DNA from: Candidatus Poribacteria bacterium
Lineage (GTDB): Bacteria > Poribacteria > WGA-4E > WGA-3G
Reading direction: 5' to 3'
Assembly (NCBI GenBank): GCA_965197475.1
Contig: CBDANF010000003.1
Coordinates: 1,920,001 to 1,984,000 of the forward strand
Length of the DNA stretch: 64,000 nucleotides
Each line of letters begins with the position of its first letter. Position 1 is the first letter of the stretch. The notes under the pieces were generated by a model. It was given only the letters and a program-made list of their open reading frames with translations, searched no databases and was not told where the DNA came from. Both the position numbers and the translations under genes were made by a program. Shown piece by piece: positions 40,800 through 51,038 of this stretch.

Positions 40800-41357
40800 A
40801 TGCGTAAGTTTAAACTCTTAACCCCATTTTTTATCGTTCTTGTCCTGATGATGAGCGGTACTAAACCGACAACCGAAGTGCCCAAACCGAAGGAAGTTGA
40901 ACTCCACGGTAAAATCGTCTGCTTAGCGGAAGAGATGCACACGCACTACAAAGTTGAACTCTCTGGAGAGCATGAACATCTATACGGAGTTAAGACCAAG
41001 GATGGTAAATACTACATCCCTCATCGCCGCCGATGATGACGTTTCTATTCCAAAGTTAAGACCAAGGATGGTAAATACTACACCCTACTGCGGACATCAT
41101 TATCTGAGGCACTTTTTGTTGATAAACGACTGCATGAGAAAGACTTGATTATCAAAGGTCGTGTCTTTCCAAAAACACAATTGCTGGAGGTTATCCGTAT
41201 TCGGTCAATCCGTGATGATGTTGTTCATGAACTCTATTACTACTGCGACACATGTTATATTCGCACAGTTGCGCCGGGAAATTGTGATTGTTGCCAGGCA
41301 CCGGTTGTGCTGATTGAGAAACCGCTCAATGTTGATTCCTTAATCCCGTCCCCTTAG
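40800..41357 (+). pseudogene. Exported Cys/His-rich (metal-binding) hypothetical protein interrupted by a 66-bp insertion
   Basis: Removing one 29-bp repeat plus the 37-bp insert gives an uninterrupted 163-aa ORF ending YYYCDTC..PGNCDCCQAP. Confidence 0.85.
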
Positions 41358-41664
41358 GTGTGTAAATATTTTGTCACATAGGTTTAATTTATGAAGAATC
41401 CTCCGCCTTTAACTGTAGGACGGGTCTATCATTAAAAGGGATAGACCAATCTACGGAAACACGATCCTCCGCCTTTAACTGTAGGGCGGGGTCCCTGTGC
41501 CCCGCCATGTGTCAGGCAACGGGCGGGCACAGGGACCCGCCAAATCATGTAGAATCATGTAGAATCATGTAGAATGCCATACGCGCATTCTACCACGCGC
41601 ATTTGGCGTTGATTTGGCCCCACAATAAGAGATGGACAGTTTTTGTCAAAAACTTTACACACCC
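41356..41664. mobile_element. MITE with the same TIR as the ISKra4/ISLre2-like element at 50028-53571
   Basis: aggtgtgtaaa...aaaactttacacaccc; flanks gtcccctt/gtcccttt; contains REPs and a 10-bp tandem repeat (aatcatgtag x3). Confidence 0.75.
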
Positions 41665-42006
41665 GTCCCTTTAATACATTTGCATGTTGCCAAAAGGTTA
41701 TGTTATAATTATTCTAAGTTTGTTGGATAGCATTTTGCATTGTGGCACTCTCTGCCACCCAGCACTATCCATGGCTGTTAAAGCGGGAAATACAGGTAAC
41801 AGGTGCAACCCTGAAAAATACTAAGTGCAGGAAAATTGTTCCTTGCTCTTAGGCAGTGGGTCGGCATCACGGATTGTATAGGACCGCATTAGTAGCAACT
41901 TAGGTTATAAAAGACGAGCCTTTTTGACATAATCAGTCAAAAGTAACAAAATTAAAATTTAAACAAAACACACACATAAACAGATAAATTAAAATAGGAG
42001 AAAATC

Positions 42007-42348
42007 ATGAAAACTCAGGTTCGAGAGAAAAATGGCATCACAATTTTGGAACCCAATGGAAAAATAATGGGGCACTCCGCATCAGAATTCAAGAAAACTA
42101 TCTCACCGCAGATAGAGGCTTCCAATAAACCACGTATCCTCATCAATCTTGAGGGTGTTGATAAGATGGACAGTTCAGGGCTCGGTGTCCTCATCGGCGC
42201 GTATGCCGCTGTAACACAGAAACAAGGTCGTATAGGGATCATCCATGTCGGAAAAAACATCAAAAATCTGATTGTTATTAGCCGACTTGTAAGGCTCTTT
42301 GAACATTTCGACACTGAGGAAGCTGCTCTCTCTGCATTGGCAGCTTGA
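42007..42348 (+). CDS. STAS domain anti-sigma factor antagonist
   Basis: INLEGVDKMDSSGLGVL motif. Confidence 0.92.
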   Translation: MKTQVREKNGITILEPNGKIMGHSASEFKKTISPQIEASNKPRILINLEGVDKMDSSGLGVLIGAYAAVTQKQGRIGIIHVGKNIKNLIVISRLVRLFEHFDTEEAALSALAA

Positions 42349-42755
42349 CAAACCCACCCCATATTTGGAGCGTCCATAGTTTTGCTATGTGACGCTCCAA
42401 ACTTTTTAGACTCAACAGATTTTTATTTGTATGTGTCGCTAACCCACACAATTATCCTACCTTTCCTCTCCTCCAAAAAACATATCTACTGTTTATCTCA
42501 TAAATCATTATACTTGTTCCTTCAGAGAATCCAACTTCACCGTAGGAGGCTCTGTAACTACCCGTTGTTTCCGTTCATCAGACATGGCGAGGCACAGTGC
42601 CCTCGCCCTACAATTGCTTTTAGAAATGTGACAAAAGATTTTGAATAATGTGATATAATGTTGTAGATAGTGAGTTTTGACTGTTATCAGGTTATCTGAA
42701 GTAGAAATGCTGACGAAAACTAAATTACATTGTTCGTTTTCACAGTAGGAATGTT

Positions 42756-43730
42756 ATGAGCATGTCTAAAAATCAAAAACTGAAAGTGCCGTTTGCCTAT
42801 GATGGTGAAAAAAGGTTATATGACCCGCAGACAGCAGAAAAGGGAAAACAGTATTTTTGCCCTGCCTGTAAAGATACTGTAATTCTCAGAAAAGGTGAGA
42901 TCAAGACTGCTCACTTTGCCCACAAGGTGAGTGAAACCTGCAATCAAGAAACAATCATCCATAAAATTGCTAAACAACTGATTTTTAATGCTATTTCTGA
43001 TTGGAAGTCTGGTAAAATTGATGTTCCTACATTGAGAAGAACGTGTAATATTTGTTGCAAATTCACGAATCAGTCTCTACCGGATAAAGTAGAGTCCGCG
43101 ATTTTGGAATATAGAATGCCTGATGGTTTCATTATAGATGTTGCTTTAATGGTTGAAAACGAACCTGCTGCCGCGATAGAAATTAAAGTTAGTCATGCTG
43201 TGGATGAAAATAAGGCAAGATTATTACCGATTCCATTTATAGAATTAGATGGTCAAGCTGTCATAGACAATCCTACAATTTTTCAGCCAGTTAGAGACTG
43301 TTTTAAGGAATTTACTTGCAAAAGATGCAAGCAATCTATGAAACAATATGATGTCAAAGTTAACGAAATTGCAAAACAAACTAATGTTGACCTGCCTGAC
43401 CGGTACTATCGATATGGATTTTGGGAATGCTGGAAGTGCAAACGCGAAATTATTTTATTTGCTTGGCCCAAAACTTCTGATTGGGACAAATCTGCACCGA
43501 AAGTAAAACCGATACCTCGAACGATTCAATATCGTTATTCTAAAACCGTTGCTGACAGGTATTGGGTTAACACATGTCCATACTGCAAATCTATCCAAGG
43601 TGATTGGTTTCTTTTTGCTTACCCTGGTCCATTTTTCGGGGTTCACTATAAAGAAGATTCGCAAGATGCGTATAATAAGGATATGCAAGATATTGTGGTT
43701 GGCTACGCAGAATACAAAAGTGAGTTATAG
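42756..43730 (+). CDS. CoiA-like protein (Zn finger plus PD-(D/E)xK nuclease-like domain plus Cys clusters)
   Basis: YFCPAC..VILRKG..AHFAHK, ETIIHKIAK, IDV...AIEIKVSH. Confidence 0.75.
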   Translation: MSMSKNQKLKVPFAYDGEKRLYDPQTAEKGKQYFCPACKDTVILRKGEIKTAHFAHKVSETCNQETIIHKIAKQLIFNAISDWKSGKIDVPTLRRTCNICCKFTNQSLPDKVESAILEYRMPDGFIIDVALMVENEPAAAIEIKVSHAVDENKARLLPIPFIELDGQAVIDNPTIFQPVRDCFKEFTCKRCKQSMKQYDVKVNEIAKQTNVDLPDRYYRYGFWECWKCKREIILFAWPKTSDWDKSAPKVKPIPRTIQYRYSKTVADRYWVNTCPYCKSIQGDWFLFAYPGPFFGVHYKEDSQDAYNKDMQDIVVGYAEYKSEL

Positions 43731-43824
43731 ACAGTTAAGTTTCTATTTTTACAAAAACATGATTCTCTGTTTTGAGAGGAGTTAATGAACGAACAAGAAT
43801 AGGAATGTTTGAAAGTCTACTATT

Positions 43825-43982
43825 ATAACCCAAGTTGCCACCTTTGTAGCATAATCTGTTAGATTGTGCCAGCGAGTGCGCAAACTGACAGTTTGCGCTA
43901 CAATATTTCGCGAATAATGAACTTTTTCGGTTAAAAACGGTGTCTGCATGTCTAAAATCTTGTCCGTAGCAACTTAGGTTAT
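43825..43982. mobile_element. MITE-like element
   Basis: 17-bp TIR ataacccaagttgccac / gtagcaacttaggttat (2 mismatches) enclosing REPs; solitary end near 41893. Confidence 0.65.
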
Positions 43983-43986
43983 TATA

Positions 43987-44087
43987 TAGGACTTACGCAT
44001 TCCCCTCGCTTGCGGGGGGATAAAGGGGGGTAAAATCCTTGAAAGAACAAAATTCTAAATAGGGCACCCAAATTTGCGTAAGTCCTG
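43987..44087. mobile_element. MITE with IS701-type ends
   Basis: (t/c)aggacttacgca...tgcgtaagtcctg, matching the ends of 51039-52129; 5-bp TSD ttata. Confidence 0.8.
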
Positions 44088-44381
44088 TTATAGTAAAGCT
44101 TACAATTACTTATACACCGCAACTTAACGAAAACGCCACGGTTTCCCCACTGAAAAGGGGGTCAGGAGGTTAACCTCCTTTATATGTGTCAACGTATTTT
44201 CAGATTTTACTATAATACCATTTTTAATTGACAAATTGTCATAACAGATTGTAGGTCGGGTTTCGCTATCGCTTCAACCGACCTACAAAATAATGTCCTG
44301 TTATCACATACGCAATGGTATAATAGTGCTCAAGAAGTGCAAATACAGCATGAGCAAATACCTGAATGATGCTTAGAATAG

Positions 44382-45599
44382 GTGATAATTATGAGGATTG
44401 AATGGGAAAACAATTGGGGTGAACCAATAGATGAATCTGAGACTTGGAAACTCCGAAATCACACTTTTGAACTTCTACGAAAATATGCTCGTGAACATTA
44501 CTCAATTTTGAAAAAAATCAAGGAGCGAGAATATGAGGTCGAAGGACTTGCTACAAGACACATAGCAAAAGAAGTGGACTTACCAGAAGGTAGTGGGCTA
44601 TATACGTTGGAACGTGTTCATAAGGAAATTTGTGAAGAACAAGGGTGCCATACCGAACGCGCAAAGATATTTCGTGCTGCGATGGCGTGGTCGGAAAAGC
44701 GTGACGAGATAGACAAACTTAAACAGAAAGCACAAGAGGTATTATATTATTATCAATATTCGGGGTTCTGTTATCCCTGGTATCACCTGAATATAGAAAT
44801 AGACCCGTGGGATTATAGAGAAGAGTATGAAGCAAGAACTTCATTAGAGCACACTATAAGAGATGTTATGACAGAACACAACGACGATTGGGATAAAAAC
44901 TATCAGTTCAGAGAGGATCTTGAGATTTTTTTAGGTGTCCTTGCATCACAGCGTTGCTGTATCAGAGGAGTTTTTGAAAGTTCTTTTCTTTGTATGAACA
45001 TCAATAGATACTTAGAAAATCCTTCGTGGCATTCTCCTGAAATAACTGATTTCCTTTTGGTAGATATTATTGATACAAATCTTATTGATTTGGAAAGAAC
45101 TTATCATTTTGGCTTATTTCCTGCCAATTTGGCAGAACAGATTCATAACTTTATTATTCCTCCACAATTCTCCACAAAATTAGAAGAGTCTAATAAACGT
45201 TATATCCGCAGAGGTTCGCTCGTTTTTGGGATATTATTCGCGATAATGTCAGTAGTAAGAAATTATATGACAGTTCAACATAAAAGCTGGTGGGTTTTTG
45301 ATAAAGTTGAAGGTCCTTGGCAACTTGAACTCATAAATGTTTTGATCGAAATGGGGCTATTTGGAACATGTTCAATCGTAATATGGAGTTTTCTAAAGTT
45401 GTACCTACCTCTAAAAAAGCGGGCTGCGTATAAGGGACTTGAAAAACTTGCTCGGAAATTTACTAAGATCCGTTTTGAGATTACCTCGGAGACTTATCAT
45501 GCAAAGAGATTAATTGAAAGACTGCAAAAGTTGGAAGAGCAAGATATAGTGATACATAGTTTAACTTACGCCTTATTAGAATTGCGTGCAAAACAATGA
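44382..45599 (+). CDS. Hypothetical protein with two C-terminal TM helices
   Basis: 405-aa AT-rich ORF; no recognised family. Confidence 0.7.
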   Translation: MIIMRIEWENNWGEPIDESETWKLRNHTFELLRKYAREHYSILKKIKEREYEVEGLATRHIAKEVDLPEGSGLYTLERVHKEICEEQGCHTERAKIFRAAMAWSEKRDEIDKLKQKAQEVLYYYQYSGFCYPWYHLNIEIDPWDYREEYEARTSLEHTIRDVMTEHNDDWDKNYQFREDLEIFLGVLASQRCCIRGVFESSFLCMNINRYLENPSWHSPEITDFLLVDIIDTNLIDLERTYHFGLFPANLAEQIHNFIIPPQFSTKLEESNKRYIRRGSLVFGILFAIMSVVRNYMTVQHKSWWVFDKVEGPWQLELINVLIEMGLFGTCSIVIWSFLKLYLPLKKRAAYKGLEKLARKFTKIRFEITSETYHAKRLIERLQKLEEQDIVIHSLTYALLELRAKQ

Positions 45600-45626
45600 A
45601 CCTACGAGAAGTCTAGAGGAGGAAGC

Positions 45627-46820
45627 ATGGAAAAACGCCCACAAATTGCTGCAATTGCGACAATATACCACAAATACTCACACGCGCAACACATCGTCGA
45701 TCGATTTTTGGAAGGATACGGGTGGAATAGTCGGCACCATTATCCACCGATGGACCTCGTCTCGCTATACGTTGAACAGGTCAAGGACAATGATCTCAGC
45801 CGTGACCGATTGGAACGTTTTCCCACAGTGAAGGGATATCCAACAATCGCGGAGGCACTCACCCGCGGCGGCGAGGAATTGACTGTTGATGGCGTTCTGC
45901 TTATCGGGGAACACGGTGAATATCCCTCTAACGAAAAGGGACAACGTCTCTATCCGCGTTATGAACACTTCAAGCAGATGGTTGAGGTTTTTGAGCGGAG
46001 CGGGCGTGGGGTGCCGATATTCAACGATAAACACCTCTCATGGAATTGGGAGTGGGCACGTGAAATGTACGACATCTCTCAAAACATGGACTTCGCGTTT
46101 ATGGCGGGGTCTTCACTGCCTGTTACGTGGCGCACGCCTTCAATTGACATGCCGCGCGGCATTCGTGTATCAGAAGCGGTGTGTGTTGCTTACGGTGGTG
46201 TGGATAGTTACGATTTCCACGCTTTAGAGACGTTGCAGTGTATGGTAGAACGACGCGAAGGCGGTGAAAGTGGAGTAAAATGGTTACAGACATACCGTGG
46301 CGATGCGTTTTGGCAAGCACATCATTCTGAACTTTGGTCGCGAGAACTCTTTGAATCTGCGCTCTGTCGGAGTCATACGCTTACACCATCACGCCAAGGG
46401 TTTAACAATCCGTTTCCCACGTTAGACGAGATGAAGGAGATTGTGAAAGACCCGATAGCGAATCAATATGAACATCACGATGGGCTTAAGTCTACCATGA
46501 TTCTGATGAACGGGTTGGTGCAGGATTTCAACTTTGCCGCGTATATCGGATCGGACAACGAAACTCTTTCAACGCAGATGTATCTTCCAATGCCACCCGC
46601 ACGGACAACATTGGCAAACTTCTTCTCGCCTTTGGTGAACAATATTGAGAAAATGTTTTTGACAGGTAAAGCGACCTATCCGGTTGAACGCACGTTATTG
46701 ACAACGGGGCTTGTTGCATCAGGTGTTGACAGCCTCTTTGCCGATGGTGCAAAACTGGATACACCGCATCTGGACATCGCCTATCAACCCACTGAAGACT
46801 CAACTTTCTGGAGGACATGA
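45627..46820 (+). CDS. Conserved hypothetical protein, putative oxidoreductase (paralog A)
   Basis: SHAQHIVDRFL.GY, DGVLLIGEHG.Y, PIFNDKHLS, AGSSLPVTWR, YPVERTLL. Confidence 0.75.
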   Translation: MEKRPQIAAIATIYHKYSHAQHIVDRFLEGYGWNSRHHYPPMDLVSLYVEQVKDNDLSRDRLERFPTVKGYPTIAEALTRGGEELTVDGVLLIGEHGEYPSNEKGQRLYPRYEHFKQMVEVFERSGRGVPIFNDKHLSWNWEWAREMYDISQNMDFAFMAGSSLPVTWRTPSIDMPRGIRVSEAVCVAYGGVDSYDFHALETLQCMVERREGGESGVKWLQTYRGDAFWQAHHSELWSRELFESALCRSHTLTPSRQGFNNPFPTLDEMKEIVKDPIANQYEHHDGLKSTMILMNGLVQDFNFAAYIGSDNETLSTQMYLPMPPARTTLANFFSPLVNNIEKMFLTGKATYPVERTLLTTGLVASGVDSLFADGAKLDTPHLDIAYQPTEDSTFWRT

Positions 46821-46824
46821 GGTT

Positions 46825-48000
46825 ATGAAACGAATCGCTGTTATCACCACGATCTACCGTTATCTGTCGCATGCACAACACTTTGCTGATCGATTTCTCG
46901 TCGGTTATCCAAAAGAAGGAAGATGGCATCGCCCAGATATGAAAGTCGTTTCTCTCTATGTTGACCAGAAACCAGAGGGTGACCAGAGTGAGGACCGTGC
47001 CAGAGAATTCGGCTTTTCTGTATATCTTACCATTGCCGAAGCACTTCGATGTGGTGGCGATAAACTTGCTGTGGATGCAGTGCTTCTGATCGGTGAACAC
47101 GGAGATTATTCTATCAATGAAAAAAACCAAGTACTTTATCCACGGCATGAATTTTTTAAGGAATGCGTGAAGGTTTTTGAGGCAGATGGACGTGCCGTGC
47201 CAATCTTCAACGACAAACATCTCTCCTACAGTTTTGAGAAAGCGAAAGAGATGGTAGATGATGGACATCGCCTCGGTTTTGGGTTGCTTGCGGGGTCATC
47301 GCTACCTGTTACGTGGCGATTACCTGATGTCGAATTGCCGTTGGAGTGTGAGATAGAAGACGCGCTGATGGTAGGTGTTGGTGGTTCAGATCCGATGGAT
47401 TATCACGCTTTAGAGGCGATGCAATGTATGGTTGAACGCCGAAAAGGTGGCGAAACAGGTGTTGCTGCTGTGCAACTAATTGACGGTGAGGAAGTCTGGA
47501 AAGCCAGTGAAGAAGGGCGATGGTCTCTGGAATTGTTGGAGGCGGTACTCTCTCGAAGCGATACGCCGTGCGGTTTAACAGATGAAGACGGTAGAACGCA
47601 AGATATGATCGGTAATGGTGAACTCCAACGACTCGTTGAAAATCCATCTGCCTATTTCATAGAATATAATGACGGATTCAAAGCAACACTTTTGATGCTA
47701 AATGGCGCGGTGCGGGATTACTGCTTCGCAGCGAAACTTAAGAATGAACCGGTACCAGTATCTACACAGTTTTTCTTAACGCCAACACCGAACGTTACCT
47801 ATTCTGCATGTCTTATCGCCAAGATTGAGGAATTTTTTGAAACTGGCGTTGCGCCGTATCCTGCGGAACGAACCTTGTTGGTAAGTGGAACATTGGAGAG
47901 TTGTCTAACTTCTCGCCATCAAGGGCATATCCATTTGGAAACGCTACATCTTAATGTTGAATACCGTGCACCTGCGGAGTCGCAGCATGCAAGGCGTTAG
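46825..48000 (+). CDS. Conserved hypothetical protein, putative oxidoreductase (paralog B)
   Basis: Same motif set as the upstream gene. Confidence 0.75.
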   Translation: MKRIAVITTIYRYLSHAQHFADRFLVGYPKEGRWHRPDMKVVSLYVDQKPEGDQSEDRAREFGFSVYLTIAEALRCGGDKLAVDAVLLIGEHGDYSINEKNQVLYPRHEFFKECVKVFEADGRAVPIFNDKHLSYSFEKAKEMVDDGHRLGFGLLAGSSLPVTWRLPDVELPLECEIEDALMVGVGGSDPMDYHALEAMQCMVERRKGGETGVAAVQLIDGEEVWKASEEGRWSLELLEAVLSRSDTPCGLTDEDGRTQDMIGNGELQRLVENPSAYFIEYNDGFKATLLMLNGAVRDYCFAAKLKNEPVPVSTQFFLTPTPNVTYSACLIAKIEEFFETGVAPYPAERTLLVSGTLESCLTSRHQGHIHLETLHLNVEYRAPAESQHARR

Positions 48001-48083
48001 TCAATCCTGCTGGTGCCGAATGCTAAACGTGCATTTTTATGATATACAAATAGCGATATTTACGATTTTAGGAGGAGAACTGA

Positions 48084-49055
48084 ATGAGTGAATCTGAAAG
48101 AAAATGGGATGGAACGATTACCCGATATCCTGACCCGGCGATTGAAGTCCTTGACCCTCGTTTTGGAAAATACAAAATCGGCAATTCTCTTGTTGAACGC
48201 TTGTGGACGGGGGCGAGGTGGTCTGAGGGACCGGTCTGGTTTGGGGATGGTGGATACCTCCTCTGGAGCGATATTCCAAACAATCGGATTCTAAAATGGG
48301 AAGAAGCCACAGACAAGGTGAGCGTATACCGCAAACCATCTAACTATAGTAACGGCCATACCAGAGATCGGCAAGGTAGACTCATCAGTTGCGAGCACGG
48401 CGCACGCCGCGTAACACGAACCGAATATGATGGGACGATTACCGTGCTAATGGACAACTTTGACGGGAAACGACTCAACGCACCAAACGATGTGGCTGTC
48501 CATCCCGATGGACATATCTGGTTTACCGATCCAGGATACGGAATTATGCTCAATTACGAAGGGCATATTGCGGAATTTGAATTGCCAACCTCTGTTTATC
48601 GACTTAATCCGGATACCGGAGATGCTACAGTTGTAACAGATGAACTTGAAAAACCGAACGGGATATGCTTTTCGCCTGATTATGAAAAATTGTATGTCGT
48701 AGATACCGGGGTTACGCATAAAGAGGGAACACCAAGATACATCTATGTCTTTGATGTCGTAAACGGTGAGCGGTTAGACAACAAGGAAGTATTCTGCGAT
48801 ATGGCACCTGGCATTGCTGATGGTATCAGGTGTGATATTGATGGTAATCTATGGGCAAGTGCAGGTTGGGTTGGCGATGGTTACGATGGTGTCCATATTT
48901 TCGCAGCAGACGGAACACTTATGGGTAAGATTCATCTTCCAGAAATTTGCGCGAACCTCTGTTTCGGCGGCGTGAAACGAAATAGACTGTTTATGACAGG
49001 CAGTCAATCTCTTTACTCAGTATATGTGGAAGCACAAGGACTGCCATTATTCTAA
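48084..49055 (+). CDS. SMP-30/gluconolactonase family protein
   Basis: WSEGPVW, LNAPNDV, PNGICFSPD, DGIRCDIDGNLW. Confidence 0.93.
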   Translation: MSESERKWDGTITRYPDPAIEVLDPRFGKYKIGNSLVERLWTGARWSEGPVWFGDGGYLLWSDIPNNRILKWEEATDKVSVYRKPSNYSNGHTRDRQGRLISCEHGARRVTRTEYDGTITVLMDNFDGKRLNAPNDVAVHPDGHIWFTDPGYGIMLNYEGHIAEFELPTSVYRLNPDTGDATVVTDELEKPNGICFSPDYEKLYVVDTGVTHKEGTPRYIYVFDVVNGERLDNKEVFCDMAPGIADGIRCDIDGNLWASAGWVGDGYDGVHIFAADGTLMGKIHLPEICANLCFGGVKRNRLFMTGSQSLYSVYVEAQGLPLF

Positions 49056-49079
49056 TAGACAGCAGGTTAGAAATGCAGA

Positions 49080-49547
49080 TTAACCCTGCGGCTCGCGATA
49101 AGAGAACGTTTGGATAACATCATTCATCAAAAGCCGTTGGGCAATAGTCTGAATTATTTCTGCATTCAAGGTGCCGCTGAGCCAGAACTTTTGTCCAGTG
49201 CGGACAACGTTGACACCCGTAATGCCTATGTCTTTAATGCCTTTGACTGTACTATCCCCGACTGCGTCTGTAACACCGGGTTTGAATTGTACTTCAATCG
49301 TCCAATCTTTAACGTTTTCGTTTTCAGTGTCAAAGGTGAAGATTTGTGTAATCGGATCCGTGAGGAGTTCTGTGCCAATCTGATTGATAGTTTTGACATC
49401 AAGGGTGCCTTCAATCCAATAAATAGTAGCAGTTCGCAAAGATTCAACACCGCTGATGCCTAAGTCAGCAATATCTTCAAGAATTCCTTGTCCAATAGTG
49501 TCAGGAATTTCAGGTTTATAGAAAACTTCAACTTTCCAGTTTTTCAT
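49080..49547 (-). CDS. purS: Phosphoribosylformylglycinamidine synthase subunit PurS, tandem two-domain form
   Basis: Two repeats: VEVFYKPEIPDTIG...LLTDPITQ and IEVQFKPGVTDAVG...LLMNDVIQ. Confidence 0.75.
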   Translation of the reverse strand: MKNWKVEVFYKPEIPDTIGQGILEDIADLGISGVESLRTATIYWIEGTLDVKTINQIGTELLTDPITQIFTFDTENENVKDWTIEVQFKPGVTDAVGDSTVKGIKDIGITGVNVVRTGQKFWLSGTLNAEIIQTIAQRLLMNDVIQTFSYREPQG

Positions 49548-50044
49548 AGGCAGTTAAAATCGGTTTTTACGAATTCTCCTTTGAGAAAAATTATTATTAG
49601 TATACTAAATTAACTTGATTCCAATCTATCGGTGCATCGATTCTATTAACTCGTTTTGAGAGATTCCTATCTCATTTGTAACTTTGTCAATGTGCATAAA
49701 TGTCAGAGAAAAGTTTTATCATATTGATGCGGTGTAACGTCGCCTGCCACGATGCACAGCGTTGCTATATCTATTTCTGGAGCAGTAATTACCTGTTCAT
49801 TCTGGTTTATCTCAACATCAACAATGTTATTTTTATTTAGGATATTGATTATGCCGATAAGGTTATAATCCGGAATTTTCAGATCTTTTGATAAGGTAGA
49901 AACCTCTCTTTGGCTATGCATTAAGTCCCCTTGCATAAAAGCAATCGATTGATATGTTGATGTCTGTTGATATCTGCTTTGCTACAATACGGGTATTATA
50001 TCATTGACGCATCAGTATGTCAAATGCGGGTGTGTAAAGTTTTT

Positions 50045-51030
50045 CGCTCATGTCAAGAGTAAGTGCTTTTGACGAGTTTTGCTATAAAATCAACACTGAC
50101 AGCTTTTAGATTCATGACGAACTCACAGATTGCGACGTAACCGGCGAGGAACTTTTTATGAACGCCACGAAAGGGACGAAGGAAGTTTCGCAGCGTCGTC
50201 CAGGCACCTTCAATCGTCCTTGTATGGATCTCGTAAAGACCATCACCGTCTGCGTCTCTTGCCCACTCGCCATCCTTATGGAGAACAATCTCACGGGCGC
50301 GCTGAATACGGTTATAGCCACGCCAACCATCCGTATACACCGTTGAAGTCGGCAACGTCCACTGATGAACGTGTGTTGAAAGCGTCGCAGAATCGGTGTG
50401 CCGCACAACACGTAATCTCAGGAGACCGCTTTCGCGACCTTTCGTCCCAACAATAGGCGGACGATCATTGTCATAAGTCCCATGTCCCCTGCGTTTATTG
50501 CCACGCCGACGCGGCGGATCCGAAGCATCAACGTGCTTATCGCCTTTTTCACCGGCGTTTTGAAACATCTCATCTGTTTCGACTTCAGCATCAGGTAAAG
50601 CAGCTTCGGGTTGTATCTGCTCTGCCGAAGTTTGGAGTTTACGTCTTATAGAAAGAACGGTTTGACGACTTAGACCCAGTTCACACCCGAGTTGTGCACT
50701 TGAAACACCTTGACAGACACCGCGCAAAAGCAGAACGACCTGTGAGGGACGAAACTGCGTGCCAGCAAAGACCGTCCCGGTATAGAGGTTGTAGATGCTC
50801 TCACAGTGTTTGCAGCGATACACTTGTAGACCACTTGTTTCAGTCGGACGGAACTTGCGTGCCTCCGCCACGCTCGCTTGGCATTTTGGGCAACACAGCC
50901 CTTGAAGGTGGAAATGATCCAACACCCACGCTTGAGTTTTTTCTTCATCCAGGAGAGATTGTATTGGAAAGTCCATAGGTAACACGCTAACATAACTTTG
51001 AAAAAATAGCACTTACTTTTTACATGAGCC
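50045..51030 (-). mobile_element. IS1595-family insertion sequence (transposase 50053..51012)
   Basis: Zn ribbon CPKC/CKHC, VETDE, VYTDGW, IEGAW; TIR gctcatgt.aa.agtaagtgct; 8-bp TSD aagttttt. Confidence 0.9.
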
Positions 51031-51038
51031 AAGTTTTT

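Noticed and set aside
41034-41039. TGA TGA as tandem selenocysteines
   Set aside because: They lie inside the foreign 37-bp insert, are not at a Cys position and have no SECIS-like hairpin at the expected distance
40988-41082. A bona fide CRISPR array
   Set aside because: Only two repeats, the repeat is host coding sequence, and there is no leader or cas gene in the window
41780-41830. Cobalamin or c-di-GMP riboswitch
   Set aside because: Partial resemblance only (gggaa...ggtgcaa-cc); the downstream conserved boxes were not found
49703-49936. 77-aa ORF next to the IS stack
   Set aside because: No recognisable motif or clear RBS; may be a fragment, so it is not supported as a feature
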